In this document: positions 1 to 11,990 of the stretch, piece by piece | Layout: each line of letters opens with the position of its first letter | How positions within the stretch are numbered: position 1 is the stretch's first letter | Source of the DNA: Octopus vulgaris | Lineage: Eukaryota | Assembly (NCBI GenBank): GCA_951406725.2 | Contig: OX597815.1 | Span: 27,590,001 to 27,654,000, forward strand | Direction: 5' to 3' | Length of the DNA stretch: 64,000 nt | Translations under genes and position numbers: made by a program | The notes under the pieces: model-generated | The model's database searches: none | The model's input: the letters and a program-made list of their open reading frames with translations, nothing else | What the model was told of the DNA's origin: nothing

Positions 1-154
1 CCAAGAAGACAGGATTGGGGAGTGGGAAGTAAGCATGGTGTATGACATGAAAATCTGAGGAAGAAAAGAGATATAGTTTAGTTTGTTGTGGTAGGGTGTG
101 TGAAAAGCTTTCTTGTAAAGTGTGGGTGGGACACACAGCGCTTTTAGAATTCAG

Positions 155-330
155 TTTTGCTGACATAGGCAGGTCTTCTCAAGAACCTCATATCGCCAGA
201 CATCTCAGTCCATTGTCATTTTTTTTGTGGGGCCTAACATCCTGAGATCTGTCCTTACCACTTCATTCCATATTTTCCTGGGTCTCCCTCGTCTGCAGGT
301 ACCATCCACTTTCAGTGATCATCACTTCTT
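155..330 (-). mobile_element. RTE-clade LINE 3' coding remnant
   Basis: Minus strand reads LKVDGTCRRGRPRKIWNEVVRTDLRMLG..DVWR with stops, the typical RTE C-terminal RGRPRxxW motif. Confidence 0.7.
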
Positions 331-341
331 TATATATATAT

Positions 342-388
<47 letters not shown>

Positions 389-653
389 TAAGATCAAAGG
401 ATCTAAGTGTTGGAAGTTTGTAAGCTTCAACCCATCCATGGTAGGTATAAAAAGCAACATTCAGGAACAACAATAATTCATTTGTGTCAAAGCTTGTAGG
501 CTTTTCCCATATCAGAGTTTGATAAGTTGAAAAAATTCTTTTATAGCTCATGATTAGCAATTTGAGTTGCTTTGAATGTGAGCAAAAATCCAAATTGAAA
601 GAGTAAAGCAGGTAAAATCCAGGCCACATGTTTCTTTTCTAGCAGAACCTCTG

Positions 654-886
654 ATGTAATAATTTACTCAATGAGGGGTACTGAGCTAGCTTCTCATTAG
701 GCCAAAGATATCTTAATTATATGAAGGTTACTTTGTCATTAATGAATCCCAAGTTAACTTACCAAAGATATAATTTGAAATTATATCTTTGGATTCCTTA
801 ATGCCAATGTAACCTTCATGTAATTAAGATATCTTTGGCCTAACGAGTAGCTAACTGAGTACCCCTCATTGAGTAAATTATAACAT
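654..886. mobile_element. Near-perfect ~230 bp palindrome (foldback/MITE-like)
   Basis: atgtaataatttactcaatgaggggtact... is the reverse complement of ...agtacccctcattgagtaaattataacat; central hairpin ccaaagatataatttgaaattatatctttgg. Confidence 0.7.
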
Positions 887-1034
887 TAAAGGATCCGACC
901 TGCTCCACTCCCTCAATTTGGATTTATATATACGAATGACCGAGACCTTTGGCATTATGCCATGCTCGTGAAGACCCATCGAGCCAAGTAAAATCATATT
1001 CGTAGCAAATACTGGTTTCATGCAAATGGTACCC

Positions 1035-1205
1035 ATGCCAGTGGCCATTACACTCTTGAAGTGGTTGGTGTTAAGAAGGGCAGCCAGCCACAGAAACCAT
1101 GCTGAACCAGACTGGAGTCTGGTACAACCTTCCAGCTTGCCAGCCCTGGTCAAAGCGTCCAACCCATGCCAGCATGGACAAGGGACATTAAATGATGATG
1201 ATGAT
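1035..1205 (+). mobile_element. SINE family A 3' part ((GAT)n tail, RTE-type)
   Basis: gtggttggtgttaagaagggcagccagcc...aacccatgccagcatgga...aaatgatgatgat; many copies across the window. Confidence 0.75.
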
Positions 1206-1298
1206 ACATATACACATATACAATTAGTAAAAGTTAGTGATTTAAGAACCAAGAGTTTCATTCATACTACTTATATATATATATATATATATATATGA

Positions 1299-2862
1299 AA
1301 ATCAAATCAAGTCTTCACGGTGGCACATAAAAACACCATCCGAAGACCCGGCGACGTAGTCAGTCCACCTGTGCATACCTTCCCTCTTATGACACTTGTG
1401 AAGACCTGTTGAGGCAAGTGTGTGACACTTGTGTAGACCTGTTGAGGCAAGTGAAAATCAAAAATCAAAATCAAATCAAATCAAATCAAACCAAATCAAA
1501 ATAGATGAACATCAATGGAATTTGTATCTTTGTGGTACCAGTACCGGTGGCACACAAGAAAACCATCCAAACGTGGCCGTAGCCAGTACCGCATCGACTG
1601 GCCTCCGTGCTGTGGGCACATAACAAACACCATCCGATCGTGGCCGTCCGCCAGCCTCATCTGGCACCTGTGTCGGTGGCACATAAAAACACCAACCGAA
1701 GACCCGGCAAGACTAGTCAGGCCATAACCCATGGCCCCTACTTGGGACGTAGTCAGTCCACCTGTGCATACCTTCCTTCCTTCTTGTGACACTTGTGAAG
1801 ACCTGTTGAGGCAAGTGAAAATCAAATCAAATCCAATCAAAATAGATGAACATCAATGGAATTTGTATCTTGTGGTACCAGTGCCGGTGGCACACAAGAA
1901 AACCATCCGAACGTGGCCGTAGCCAGTACCGCATCGACTGGCCTCCGTGCTGTGGGCACGCAACAAACACCATCCGATCGTGGCCGTTCGCCAGCCTCAT
2001 CTGGCACCTGTGTCGGTGGCACATAAAAACACCATCCGAAGACCCGGCAAGACTAGTCAGGCCATAACCCGTGGCCCCTACCTGGGACGTAGTCAGTCCA
2101 CCTGTGCATACCTTCCTTCTTGTGACACTTGTGAAGACCTGTTGAGGCAAGTGAAAATCAAATCAAATCAAATCAAATCAAAACAAATCAAAATAGATGA
2201 ACATCAATGGAATTTGTATCTTTGTGGTACCAGTGCCGGTGGCACACAAGAAAATCATCCGAACGTGGCCGTAGCCAGTACCGCATAGACTGGCCTCCGT
2301 GCTTTGGGGACGTAACAAACACCATCCGATCGTGGCCGTCCGCCAGCCTCATCTGGCACCTGTGTCGGTGGCACATAAAAACAACATCCGAGCGTGGCCG
2401 TCTGCCAGCCTCGTCTGGCACCTGTGTCGGTGGCACATAAAAACAACATCCGAGCGTGGCCGTCTGCCAGCCTCGTCTGGCACCTGTGTCGGTGGCACAT
2501 AAAAACACCATCCGAGCGTGGCCGTCCGCCAGCCTCATCTGGCACCTGTGTCGGTGGCACATAAAAACACCATCCGAGCGTGGCCGTCTGCCAGCCTCGT
2601 CTGGCACCTGTGTCGGTGGCACATAAAAACACCATCCGAGCGTGGCTGTTCGCCAGCCTCGTCTGGCACCTGTGTCGGTGGCACATAAAATCACCCACTA
2701 CACTCTCGGAGTGGTTGGCGTTAGGAAGGGCATCCAGCTGTAGAAACACTGCCAGATCTGACTGGCCTGGTGCAGCCTTCGGGCTCCCAGACCCCAGTTG
2801 AACCGTCCAACCCATGCTAGCATGGAAAACGGACGCTAAATGATGATGATGATGATGATGAT
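1299..2862 (+). mobile_element. Family A element with internal tandem expansions (three ~345 bp units and six 62 bp units)
   Basis: atagatgaacatcaatgg recurs at 1501, 1842 and 2193. 62 bp units start at 2331, 2393, 2455, 2517, 2579 and 2641. Standard family A 3' end and (GAT)n tail finish at about 2862. Confidence 0.85.
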
Positions 2863-3200
2863 ATCCGCTGTTTTTGTCCTGTTTACTATTCTTGTTTTTT
2901 ATTTCTATTTTTTGTTTCTTGTATTTATATTCGTGTGACATCCTGTCCTTGTTTCGTATACATTCAATCCTCTTTCCAAGAAATCTAATGCCCGTGGCTT
3001 AGTTTTTCTTTGGGGCTGGCCGGATCGGAGCAATAAATCGAGATTAAACAGCCGAAATTGCTAAGATGATCCGGTTCCCGACTGAAGATTAGAGGCTTCA
3101 AGTGACCCGTCTCTTTGTGTGTTTTTGCGTTCTTTTCCCACTTTGTAATTTATAATTTATATTTAATTTCTATACATATATTATTGCGGCGTAACGTACC
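2863..3200. repeat. Unclassified interspersed repeat, related to 22045-22190
   Basis: gattaaacagccgaaattgctaagatgatccggttc (about 3041) matches gattaatcagccgaaattgcgaagatgatccggttc (about 22051); both lie next to (TA)n. Confidence 0.55.
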
Positions 3201-3207
3201 CCTATCT

Positions 3208-3247
<40 letters not shown>

Positions 3248-3556
3248 TGCAGATGTTAATCATTTTTCACACTACTGTTTTCTTTTTTCACGTGTTATTT
3301 ACATTCCAAATTAGATTGATAATGTAAATTTTCCTGTTTTCAACTTACCATTTTTCAATGTACAAGTTTTTTTTTGTTTGTTTTGTTTCTTTTTTTCTTG
3401 GCATCATCATGAGACACAGATCTTTCTTATGATCATGATCAGTCATAAAGAAAATCAGATTAGGGGTGGAAGGAAACTTAGAATGATTTTTAATCGTAAT
3501 TTATTTATATTTATATAAATATAAGATATGAACACAAGTAACACCTGCTATTGCTA

Positions 3557-3608
<52 letters not shown>

Positions 3609-4759
3609 AGTCACAGATGGAAACTCTATGTAGCCACTCGACCTGCTAGAAATAGTGGCTAAATCTCCTCTACTCACACTATTTCCTCTTAAAAAAAAAG
3701 GACACATCCGATAATGTAATCCAATACAAACTAAAAATACTGTATGCTCACAGCTAGAATACCTCTAATCATAGCTTTACTTTGTAATAGTTAACTGGAG
3801 CTAAACAACTATTATATATATATAATGAATCTACAGTTCTCCTCAGAATAATACATATCCATCACATGAATGCTAAGAAAGAGATATTTTTATTTGTAGT
3901 TTTTCCGAGTGTTATTTGTATTTCATGTTTACTTGTATGTATTTGTATGGAATGTATCTGGGTGTGTACACCTCTATGTCTCTTTTATATGAAGTCACTT
4001 CCTGTGCTTAACATTAAACATCTTGCCTGTAGGAACAATATAAACAAAAAATAAAGAATGAAAAAATTAGGTCCTTGTTAGACAAAAAAAAAAAAAAAAA
4101 AATGAAACTTCCCAGTAGGGGTCAGATTAGGTTCACCAAAGTAAAGGACAAATTTGAGATAAATTATATTTACTATATCTACTTTTAGTTCAACAAGTCA
4201 CCCTATTTGTACACTTCTGCAGATTCAGTGTGTGTTTATGTGTATTAGTCACTCCTCCCCATCTCTATCTGTTATCCTCCCATATTATCAATGCCCAGAA
4301 ATGCAGGCTTGGGTGGTGATGTTATCACTTAACTTATCAATGAGTAAGAAATGGCCTTGGTAAGAAGTTACTCCACAGGTTTCTATTAGACATATTTCCA
4401 ATTTTTTTTTTATCAATGGCAAGATTGGCTTTAGCAAGCAGCTGCTCTTTAAGCAGCAGGAAACCATTCTGTTTACTATTTGTCTGTTAAAGTTTCTGGT
4501 TTACTTATGGATAAAAGTAAACCCAGAAACTACAACTAATTCATGATGGTAATCTCTTATATTATTTTAGGTCAAATCTGCCACTGTGGTGTCCGTCCAT
4601 TTTAGCAAACATGTTAATTAGTGTTGTTGTTGTTTAGTCCTTAATCAGCCCTAATCAAGCAACATACAATCAAAGGTATTCCACCTACGACAACCCCTGT
4701 CTTTCATTTCAGGTGTTAAACTGTCCAGCATGTTCTTTTCCTTTTTTAAAAGATGGCAA

Positions 4760-4940
4760 AGACATGTAAAAGCACCCACTACACTCTCGGAGTGGTTGGC
4801 ATTAGGAAGGGCATCCAGCTGTAGAAATTTTGTCAGATCAGACTGGAGCCTGGTGCAGCCCTCTGGCTCACCAGTCCTCAGTCAAACCGTCCAACCCATA
4901 CCAGCATGGAAAGCGGACATGATGACAATGACGATGACGA
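4760..4940 (+). mobile_element. SINE family A 3' part
   Basis: gtaaaagcacccactacactctcggagtggttggcattaggaagggcatccagc... followed by a degenerate (GAT)n tail. Confidence 0.8.
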
Positions 4941-4949
4941 TTGTTATTT

Positions 4950-5290
4950 TTTTCAATTCAATTCAATTTTTATTGGCTCAAAAAGCAAGAGCAAGGCCAT
5001 GTAGGGGGACAGGGAGTTATGTACTAGGAGGGTGGTCATACAAAGAGTTCAGGCCATTTCTGGTCAAGAAAGACTTTGAACTGAGCGGTCGTCAGCATCT
5101 TCGCTATCTTGTCCGGCAGCTTATTCCACGGATCCACAACCCGGACAGAGAAAGCCCCTCTCCTTTGATTGAGATGAAATCGTCGTAGATAGAGCTTTTC
5201 AGAGTGACCCTGCAGCCCATGCTCTGGAGCAGGAGTGAAAAACAGCTCTTTCGAGAGGTTACACTTTCTGCTTATGATGTTGTGAGCGTC
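4950..5290 (-). mobile_element. CR1-clade LINE 3' end
   Basis: Minus strand reads LFFTPAPEHGLQGHSEKLYLRRFHLNQRRGAFSVRVVDPWNKLPDKIAKMLTTAQFKVFLDQKWPELFV*, stop at 5036-5038. This is the CR1 GHxxKL..FSxRVVxxWNxLP..FKxxLD signature, followed by a short UTR and a (TTGAA)n tail. Confidence 0.85.
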
Positions 5291-5364
5291 GTTGTTTTTC
5301 GAGAGAATAAGGGTTGAGCGTCTTCAGCCTTTGTTATTCGAAAGCTATTACAAATTATTACATT

Positions 5365-5918
5365 ACTAGTACTATGACCCGGCAACACCAGATCATAGTG
5401 CTAGTGCATACATATACAGCTGCGTGTGTGCGCACATACACGCGAGTACTGTCCAAATCTCCGACCAATCACATACAGCTAGCTGGCATTCAATTGGCGT
5501 ATCAAGTTTCGGGCATTTTGATTGGGTTTTGGATAGAAAATTCACAAAAAAGTCACTTCTATTGATTTTTTTAATGGCTTTGTGGGGTGACTGTGCACGA
5601 CCACCCTTGGACGGTTTTGAATAACCATAGAAAGTGCGAACCCTCTAACTGAAAAATTGTGGATTTGTATAAAAGATACACACACACATACATACACACA
5701 TATGCTTACGGCCATATCACGTTGAAAACACCTGTTCTCGTCCGATCAGCGAAGTTAGTACTTAGATGGGTGACCGCTTGGGAAACCTAGGTGCTGTAAG
5801 CATTCCCTTTAAATGGCGGTGCCCCAGCATGGCCACAGCTTGTGAGCTGAAACTAGATAAATAAATAAATAAAATAAAAAATACACACAGACAGACATTT
5901 TGCCATTTATATATATAA
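5365..5918 (-). mobile_element. Non-autonomous Helitron-like element (Lep1-like layout), interrupted by a 5S-derived insertion
   Basis: On the minus strand it starts tatatatataaatggcaaaatgtctgtctgtgtgt and ends ...ccgggtcatagtaCTAGt. Terminal hairpin actagtactatgacccggcaacaccagatcatagtgctagt at 5365-5405. Confidence 0.55.
5704..5804 (+). pseudogene. 5S rRNA-derived sequence with a ~20 nt internal deletion
   Basis: gcttacggccatatcacgttgaaaacacctgttctcgtccgatcagcgaagttagtacttagatgggtgaccgcttgggaaacctaggtgctgtaagcatt. The ends pair (gcttac/gtaagc) and box C is present. The segment between the two GTTA motifs of 5S is missing. Confidence 0.9.
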
Positions 5919-5919
5919 A

Positions 5920-6308
5920 ATTCAAATCAAAAATGAAAAAATCAAAAATCAAAATTGATCAACATGAATGGAAATTGTCGCTGTGATATCAGTGCTGGTG
6001 GCACATAAGAGAACCATCCGAACATGGCCGTTGCCAGTGCCGCCCTGACTGGCTTCCGTGCCAGTGGCACGTAAAAAGCACCATCCAATCGTGGCCGTTT
6101 GCCAGACTTGTCTGGCACCTGTGCAGGTGGCACGTAAAAAGCACCCACTACACTCATGGAGTGGTTGGCGTTAGTAAGGGCATCCAGCCGTAGAAACATT
6201 GCCAGATCAGACTGGGCCTGGTGCAGCCTTCTGGCTTCCCAGACCCCAGTTGCACTGTCCAACCCATGCCAGCATGGAAAGCGGACGCTAAATGATGATG
6301 ATGATGAT
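5920..6308 (+). mobile_element. SINE family A
   Basis: aaatcaaaa run, three gtgc-nggtg-gcac-gtaaaa modules, family A 3' end and (GAT)n tail. Confidence 0.85.
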
Positions 6309-7070
6309 TTCAAAGCTATTACATACAGATTTTATTAGCACCCCTAAGCTTGATGTACCAACTGCACCCTTACTAGCTAGAGTTTGACCTCAGTTAGCTC
6401 CTTAGCCTCTTTGGGTTTTTTTGGTACTTCTGCTGAAAACTAGCTTCCATAATCCTCTTGTGGTTTTAGAATTTTAGATAGGTTGAAACACAAGCTATGG
6501 TGATAGCTATGAAGAGCAACTTCGGAGAAATGTACAGACAAATAATACTAAAACACACACACACACAATAGTACAGTGTATGTGCGTAACCCTCTATGCT
6601 ATCAGCAATTTAATATTATGGAAGATTTCTGAAGAAACTAAAAAGCTCTATTAATATTTATAAATTCTCAATTTCCATTATTATTTAATGGCTTCAGGTT
6701 TCAGTAGAGTGTAATTATTTTTACAGAAACTTATCTCAGTAGAACTATCAAATCTTTATAAAAGAAATTGTTTTTCTAAGTAAAAATAATGATTTTATTG
6801 CAAAATCTTCTACAAAATTGGGAGAATTTTATTGTTTTTTGTTTTGTTTCATCTACATTTATTTTTGTTAGTATCATGGGATTTCTGGCTGACAGATAAG
6901 AAACTATAACTCTAGTTGCACCAAATGCATTAGAGTATCTAATAGCAAGGGAAATTATGAGCTGAAACCATGCACTTCTTGGATAATAGCTTTGATAGGA
7001 AAATAGTTTGGATGTTCTGCTATCCAAGAACCATACTTAGGGTTGGAAATAGATTATGAGACCTAGAGTT

Positions 7071-7515
7071 CATCATCATCATCATCGTTTAATGTCCGTT
7101 TTCCGCACTAGCACGGGTTGGACGGTTCGACCGGTGTCTGGGAAGCCAGGGGCTGCACCAGGCTCCAGTCTGATCTGGCAGAGTTTCTACAGCTTGATGC
7201 CCTTCCTAAAGCCAACCACTCCACGAGTGGTTTTAAAAATTGTCATTTCCATTGGTGGGAATCCAAAGAGATTCTTTACTCATCATAGCCTGGACTAATG
7301 TATGGTAGAATCACCATCATCATCATTATCATCATCATCCATCCTTTTTTCCATGCTGGCATGGGCTGGACGATTTGATAGGAGCTGGCTTGGCAGAAGA
7401 CTGCACCAGGCTTCACTGGCTGTTTTAGCAGGGTTTTTACAGCTGGATGTCCTTCCTAACACCAACCACTTTACCAAGAGGACTGAGTGCTTCTTACTTG
7501 GCACCAGCACTGGCA
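7071..7515 (-). mobile_element. Two family A 3' fragments (7071-7230 and diverged 7315-7515)
   Basis: (CAT)n followed by cgtttaatgtccgttttccgcactagcacgggttggacgg and gatgcccttcctaa. Confidence 0.75.
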
Positions 7516-8016
7516 AATAACATGAATAATGGAAGGCAGAGAATCTGTTGAATGTGGTTTGTTAAGGAGATAACATCATCATCATTGTTTTAATGTCCAC
7601 ATTTTCATACTTGCATGAATTGGATGGAGTTTGTTGAAGCAGATTTCTATGGCTGGATGCTCTTCCTGTTGCCAACCATTGGAAATATTCCGATCAAAGT
7701 AGTATTTCTCCTTGGCTAAACATGTTTTCATATTCATAACATTATTTACAACAATCACATAACATCAAGACAAGGAGACACAAATATTCACACACACTTG
7801 CACAGTGGACTTCTTTCAATGTCCATCTACCAAATTCATTCATAAGGCTTTGGTTGGCCAAGAGCTATAGGAGACACTCACCTGAGGTGCCATGCAGGGT
7901 GACTGAACCTAAAGCTGTGTGGTTGATAAGCAAACATCTTAACCACACAGGTATGCCTGTGTCTCTATGTGAGAAAATAAAACTACCATGAGTGGGTGAT
8001 AAACATTAGCTATCAT

Positions 8017-8343
8017 CAAGGGATAATTTTTTTTACATATGGACCCCTTTGATTACTATTTTATTCTGGAAGAGCCCCCTTCCCCCAAGCCATTTGATGT
8101 TTAAATACTAGTTTTATAGAAGCTTCTTTCAAAATTCCTATTTTATTTTTTCACACAATTTGTGTAGGTTGAAATATCTAAAATGTTATAGAAAGAAATC
8201 TATCTGTTTCTCGCAATACATACCAATACATACATCTAGAGTAACAAATTTTTCAGTGGATAATAATATTGTGGATCCCCAATTTATTATTTTGTTCAGT
8301 GGAACCCCCAAAATCTTATATGGACCCCAGTTGAGAACCACTG
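8017..8343. mobile_element. hAT-like MITE, related to 50811-51310
   Basis: Ends ggaccccagttgagaaccactg. The interior is the reverse complement of 51000-51300. Confidence 0.55.
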
Positions 8344-9433
8344 GGATAGACAAAAGAAAACTTAGAATCCATTCTGAGAATATTATTCTAGGTACTATTT
8401 TTCAGATTCATTCATTTAGATTCATATTTTCAGATTCATTTCCAGCATAGAAAAGAAGGTGATGTCATGGTTTTCTATATTCCTGATATCCAATGGTCTT
8501 TCTGAGATTTTTTTTTACTATCGGAAGCTCATCCTTAAACAATTTCTAATGCAGTGAACTCATTCAGACCAATATGCCAACCTGAAATTGTGTGAAGGAA
8601 GCTTTTAGTTTTATTTCTGTTAGAATAAGTTAAATAATGTATAGCAATGTTTGTTTTGTTTTGTTTTGTTTTTGCTTGTTTGCTTTTGGTCTTTTTTTTT
8701 GTCTTTTTTTTTTATTTCAAAAGAGCATGGCTACTACTCTGCTTATCTAAATGTGATCTTAGGAAACTGTTCATTTAAAATAGTCAGTACATGGTATTTC
8801 GTGTTTAGAGAAATTAAAAGCAAAATGTTAGGTATACTTTTTTATTGAATTGATTTTCACCACAGAGAAGTCTTTATTTAAGTCTTTTGATATTAACTGC
8901 CTGAAATTGCCTCTGGCACTGTAAAAATGAATTCCTTGTTTTAATGTGATCTAAATTAAAACCTACCATCAAAATTTCATGCAAAATATGTTCCAGACAC
9001 CAGACAGTTATTTCATTATTTTCAAAATTAACTAAAACAAAAGCAGTGTATTTCAACAAAAATTTAATAACAAAAGAGTTTAAAGTCTGAAAATAGTTAT
9101 TTGGCAGATCATTTATATATTTCAGGACCATAATTTTCTTTGGTCATTACTAATTGATATTCTGTAAGGAACGAAATAGGTTTTATTTAACAATTTGAAA
9201 AAATTAATTAAGGAGTGATGTCTGTTGATTAATACAAGATACTTTTTTTCTTTTTCTTTTTTTTTTTTTTTGGTGTTCATGATGTTTCAATGGGCGTCAA
9301 TCTAGGTTTTTTTTAATGCGAATGAACCCTAGAAATAATATAAACATAATTGGGGTTTTTGCGTCTTTTCTAAAAGATGCTTCAGTATGTAACCCTTTTG
9401 GGTAATTTGCCTTGCAGTATCTTAGTCAAGGTT

Positions 9434-9633
9434 AATATATATATATACATACACGCACATGCATATATAATTATAGTGTGTGCATATATATGTAGGTATA
9501 TGTATGTTTGTGTATATATATATATACATATGTATATGTGTGTGTGTGCATACGTATGTATGTATATATATATGTGTGTGTGTGCATATGTATGTATATA
9601 TATGTGTGTGTGTATGTATGTACATCTTGTGTG

Positions 9634-9668
<35 letters not shown>
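9434..9668. repeat. Compound (TA)/(TG) microsatellite
   Basis: Seen directly; it explains five overlapping spurious ORFs. Confidence 0.95.
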
Positions 9669-9671
<3 letters not shown>

Positions 9672-10317
9672 CCTTCCATCATGTAAGAAATGCAGACTAC
9701 TCAGTGCACTAACTCAAATTTCTATATGCATTCCAACTCTTAATCAACGCCCATTTCATCTTTTATTTTTCTGCAAATTTTATCTTTATCAGATAAACAA
9801 GATTGCTATATAAACTACCGCCTTAATATGACAGCAACAAAAATTGTAATTCTGTTCGCATCTGTCTCTTCTAAAAGCTGGTTATGTCATAGGAATTTTA
9901 AAGCAAAGTAAAGCTGTGTTTATACATTATTTTTCATGCAATCAAATTTTTGTTTTTTAATATATTATTATTGTTTCAAATGAAGTTGTTTTATTAAAGA
10001 TACTTCCTATTACAATTTTACATGTTTCTAAACATTATTTCCAAACCAAAAACATCATCTTTATGTAATTTCTATACAACATATCCACTTTGGTGAAGTC
10101 CATCAATCTCCAAACTACTCATAAGAGAAGTCCATTTCAGCATTATGAGCTAACAAAATACTTGATCTGACAGTGCTACCACTGGTTGCAGTGGTGAGTT
10201 GTCCTGCAGCCTTTTGGGAGTTTGTCTTGACATTTGACACATAGGCTCCCTCTCTTGTCTAGTTTTCTGTACCTTATTGTTTTTGCCTTCTCTGCTCTCT
10301 GTATGGTAGTGACTAAG

Positions 10318-11990
10318 ATCATCATCATTGTTTAACGTCCGTTTTCCATGCTAGCATGAGTTGGACGGTTCGACCGGGATCTGGGAAGCCAGAAGGCCGC
10401 ACCAGGCTCCAGTCTGATCTGGCAGTGTTTCTACACCTGGATGCCCTTCCTAACGCCAGCCACTCCATGAGTGTAGTGGATGCTTTTTATGTGTCACTGG
10501 CACAGGTGCCAGGTGAGGCTGGCAGCAGCCACGATCGGTTGGTGCTTTTTATGTGCCACCGGCACAAGAGCCAGTCAAGGCGGTGCTGGCATCGGCCACA
10601 TTCGGATGGTGCTTTTTACATGCCACCGGCACAGGGATCACAGCTACAATTTCCATTGATTTTTGATGTTGATGTACTTGACTCAATAGGTTTCCTCAAG
10701 CACAGGGTCGAAATGGTGTTTCTTTACTTGCCACCTGCACAGGAGTCAGTCCAGCGGCACTGGCAACGGCTGGGTGCCAGTCATAGGATTTGGTTCAGTT
10801 TCGATTAACATGTAACACAGTATATGCTGTCCATTGTCAAACAGTTGAGGTTTGGAAGTGGGGGTTGTGAGATTAGACTATGAAAATGTTATTGACTGAA
10901 ATATATACTCTCCTAGTAAGACAAAGGTGAAGTATCATCATCATCGTCGTTTTACGTCCACTTTCCATGCTAGCATGGGTTGGACGATTTGATTGAGGAC
11001 TGGCAAACCAGATGGCTGCACCAGGCTCCAATCTCGATCTGGCAGTGTTTCTACAGCTTGATGCCCTTCCTAACGCCAACCACTCCGAGAGTGTAGTGGG
11101 TGCTTTTACATGTCACCGGCACAAGGTCCAGTCAGGTGGTTCTGGCACTGGCAACGACCTCACTCGAAGTTCAGTGTAATTCCAAACCTTGGGTCTAAAT
11201 AAAAAGAAGCCACATGAAGCTTATGCATGTGATCTTCATATAGCATTGTGCTTTTCTGGCGTCTATCATCATCATCATCATCATCGTCGTTTAACGTCCG
11301 TTCTCCATGCTAGCATGGGTTGGACGGTTCGACCGGGGTTCTGGGAAGCCAGAAGGCTGCACCAGGCTCCAGTCTAAATTTGGCAATGTTTCTACAGCTG
11401 GATGCCCTTCCTAACGCCAACCACTCCGTGAGTGTAGTGGGTGCTTTTTACGTGCCACCTGCACAGGTGCCAGGCGGGGCTGGCAACGGCCACGGTCAGA
11501 TTGGTGTATTTTATGTGCCACCGGCACGGAAGCCAGTCGAGGCGGTGCTGGCATCGGCCACGAGTCGGATAGTGCTTTTTACGTACCACCAGACCAGGGA
11601 TCCTGGCTGGTTCAATTCGATTTCGATTTCGCTTGCCCCAACATGTCTTCACAAGCAAAGGGGTTGGCAAGGGTGCCTGTCGTACGGTCGCATTGGAGTA
11701 TTTTACGTGCCACGGCCACGAGTCGGATAGTGCTTTTTACGTACCATCAGACCAGGGATCCTGGCTGGTTCAATTCGATTTCGATTTCGCTTGCCCCAAC
11801 ATGTCTTCACAAGCAAAGGGGGTTGGCATGGGTGCCTGTCGTACGGTCGCATTGGAGTATTTTACGTGCCACGGCCACGAGTCGGATAGTGCTTTTTACG
11901 TACCACCAGGCCAGGGATCCTGGCTGGTTCAATTCGGTTTCGATTTCGATTTCGCTTGCCCCAACATGTCTTCGCAAGCATGGGGGGTTG
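10318..11990 (-). mobile_element. Cluster of three family A elements (10318-10805, 10934-11170, 11266-11990)
   Basis: Each begins with (CAT)n and tttaacgtccgttttccatgctagcatg-like sequence. The third contains 158 bp tandem units starting at 11555, 11713 and 11872. Confidence 0.85.

Noticed and set aside
2331-2700. CRISPR-like regular array
   Set aside because: Whole 62 bp units repeat with no unique spacers, there are no cas genes, and the context is a eukaryotic SINE.
1429-2941. Many overlapping ORFs up to 228 aa
   Set aside because: They are translations of the tandem SINE units in several frames, with no protein motifs.
5704-5804. Functional 5S rRNA gene
   Set aside because: Internal deletion, no T-run terminator, no tandem array, and fused to a retroposon tail.
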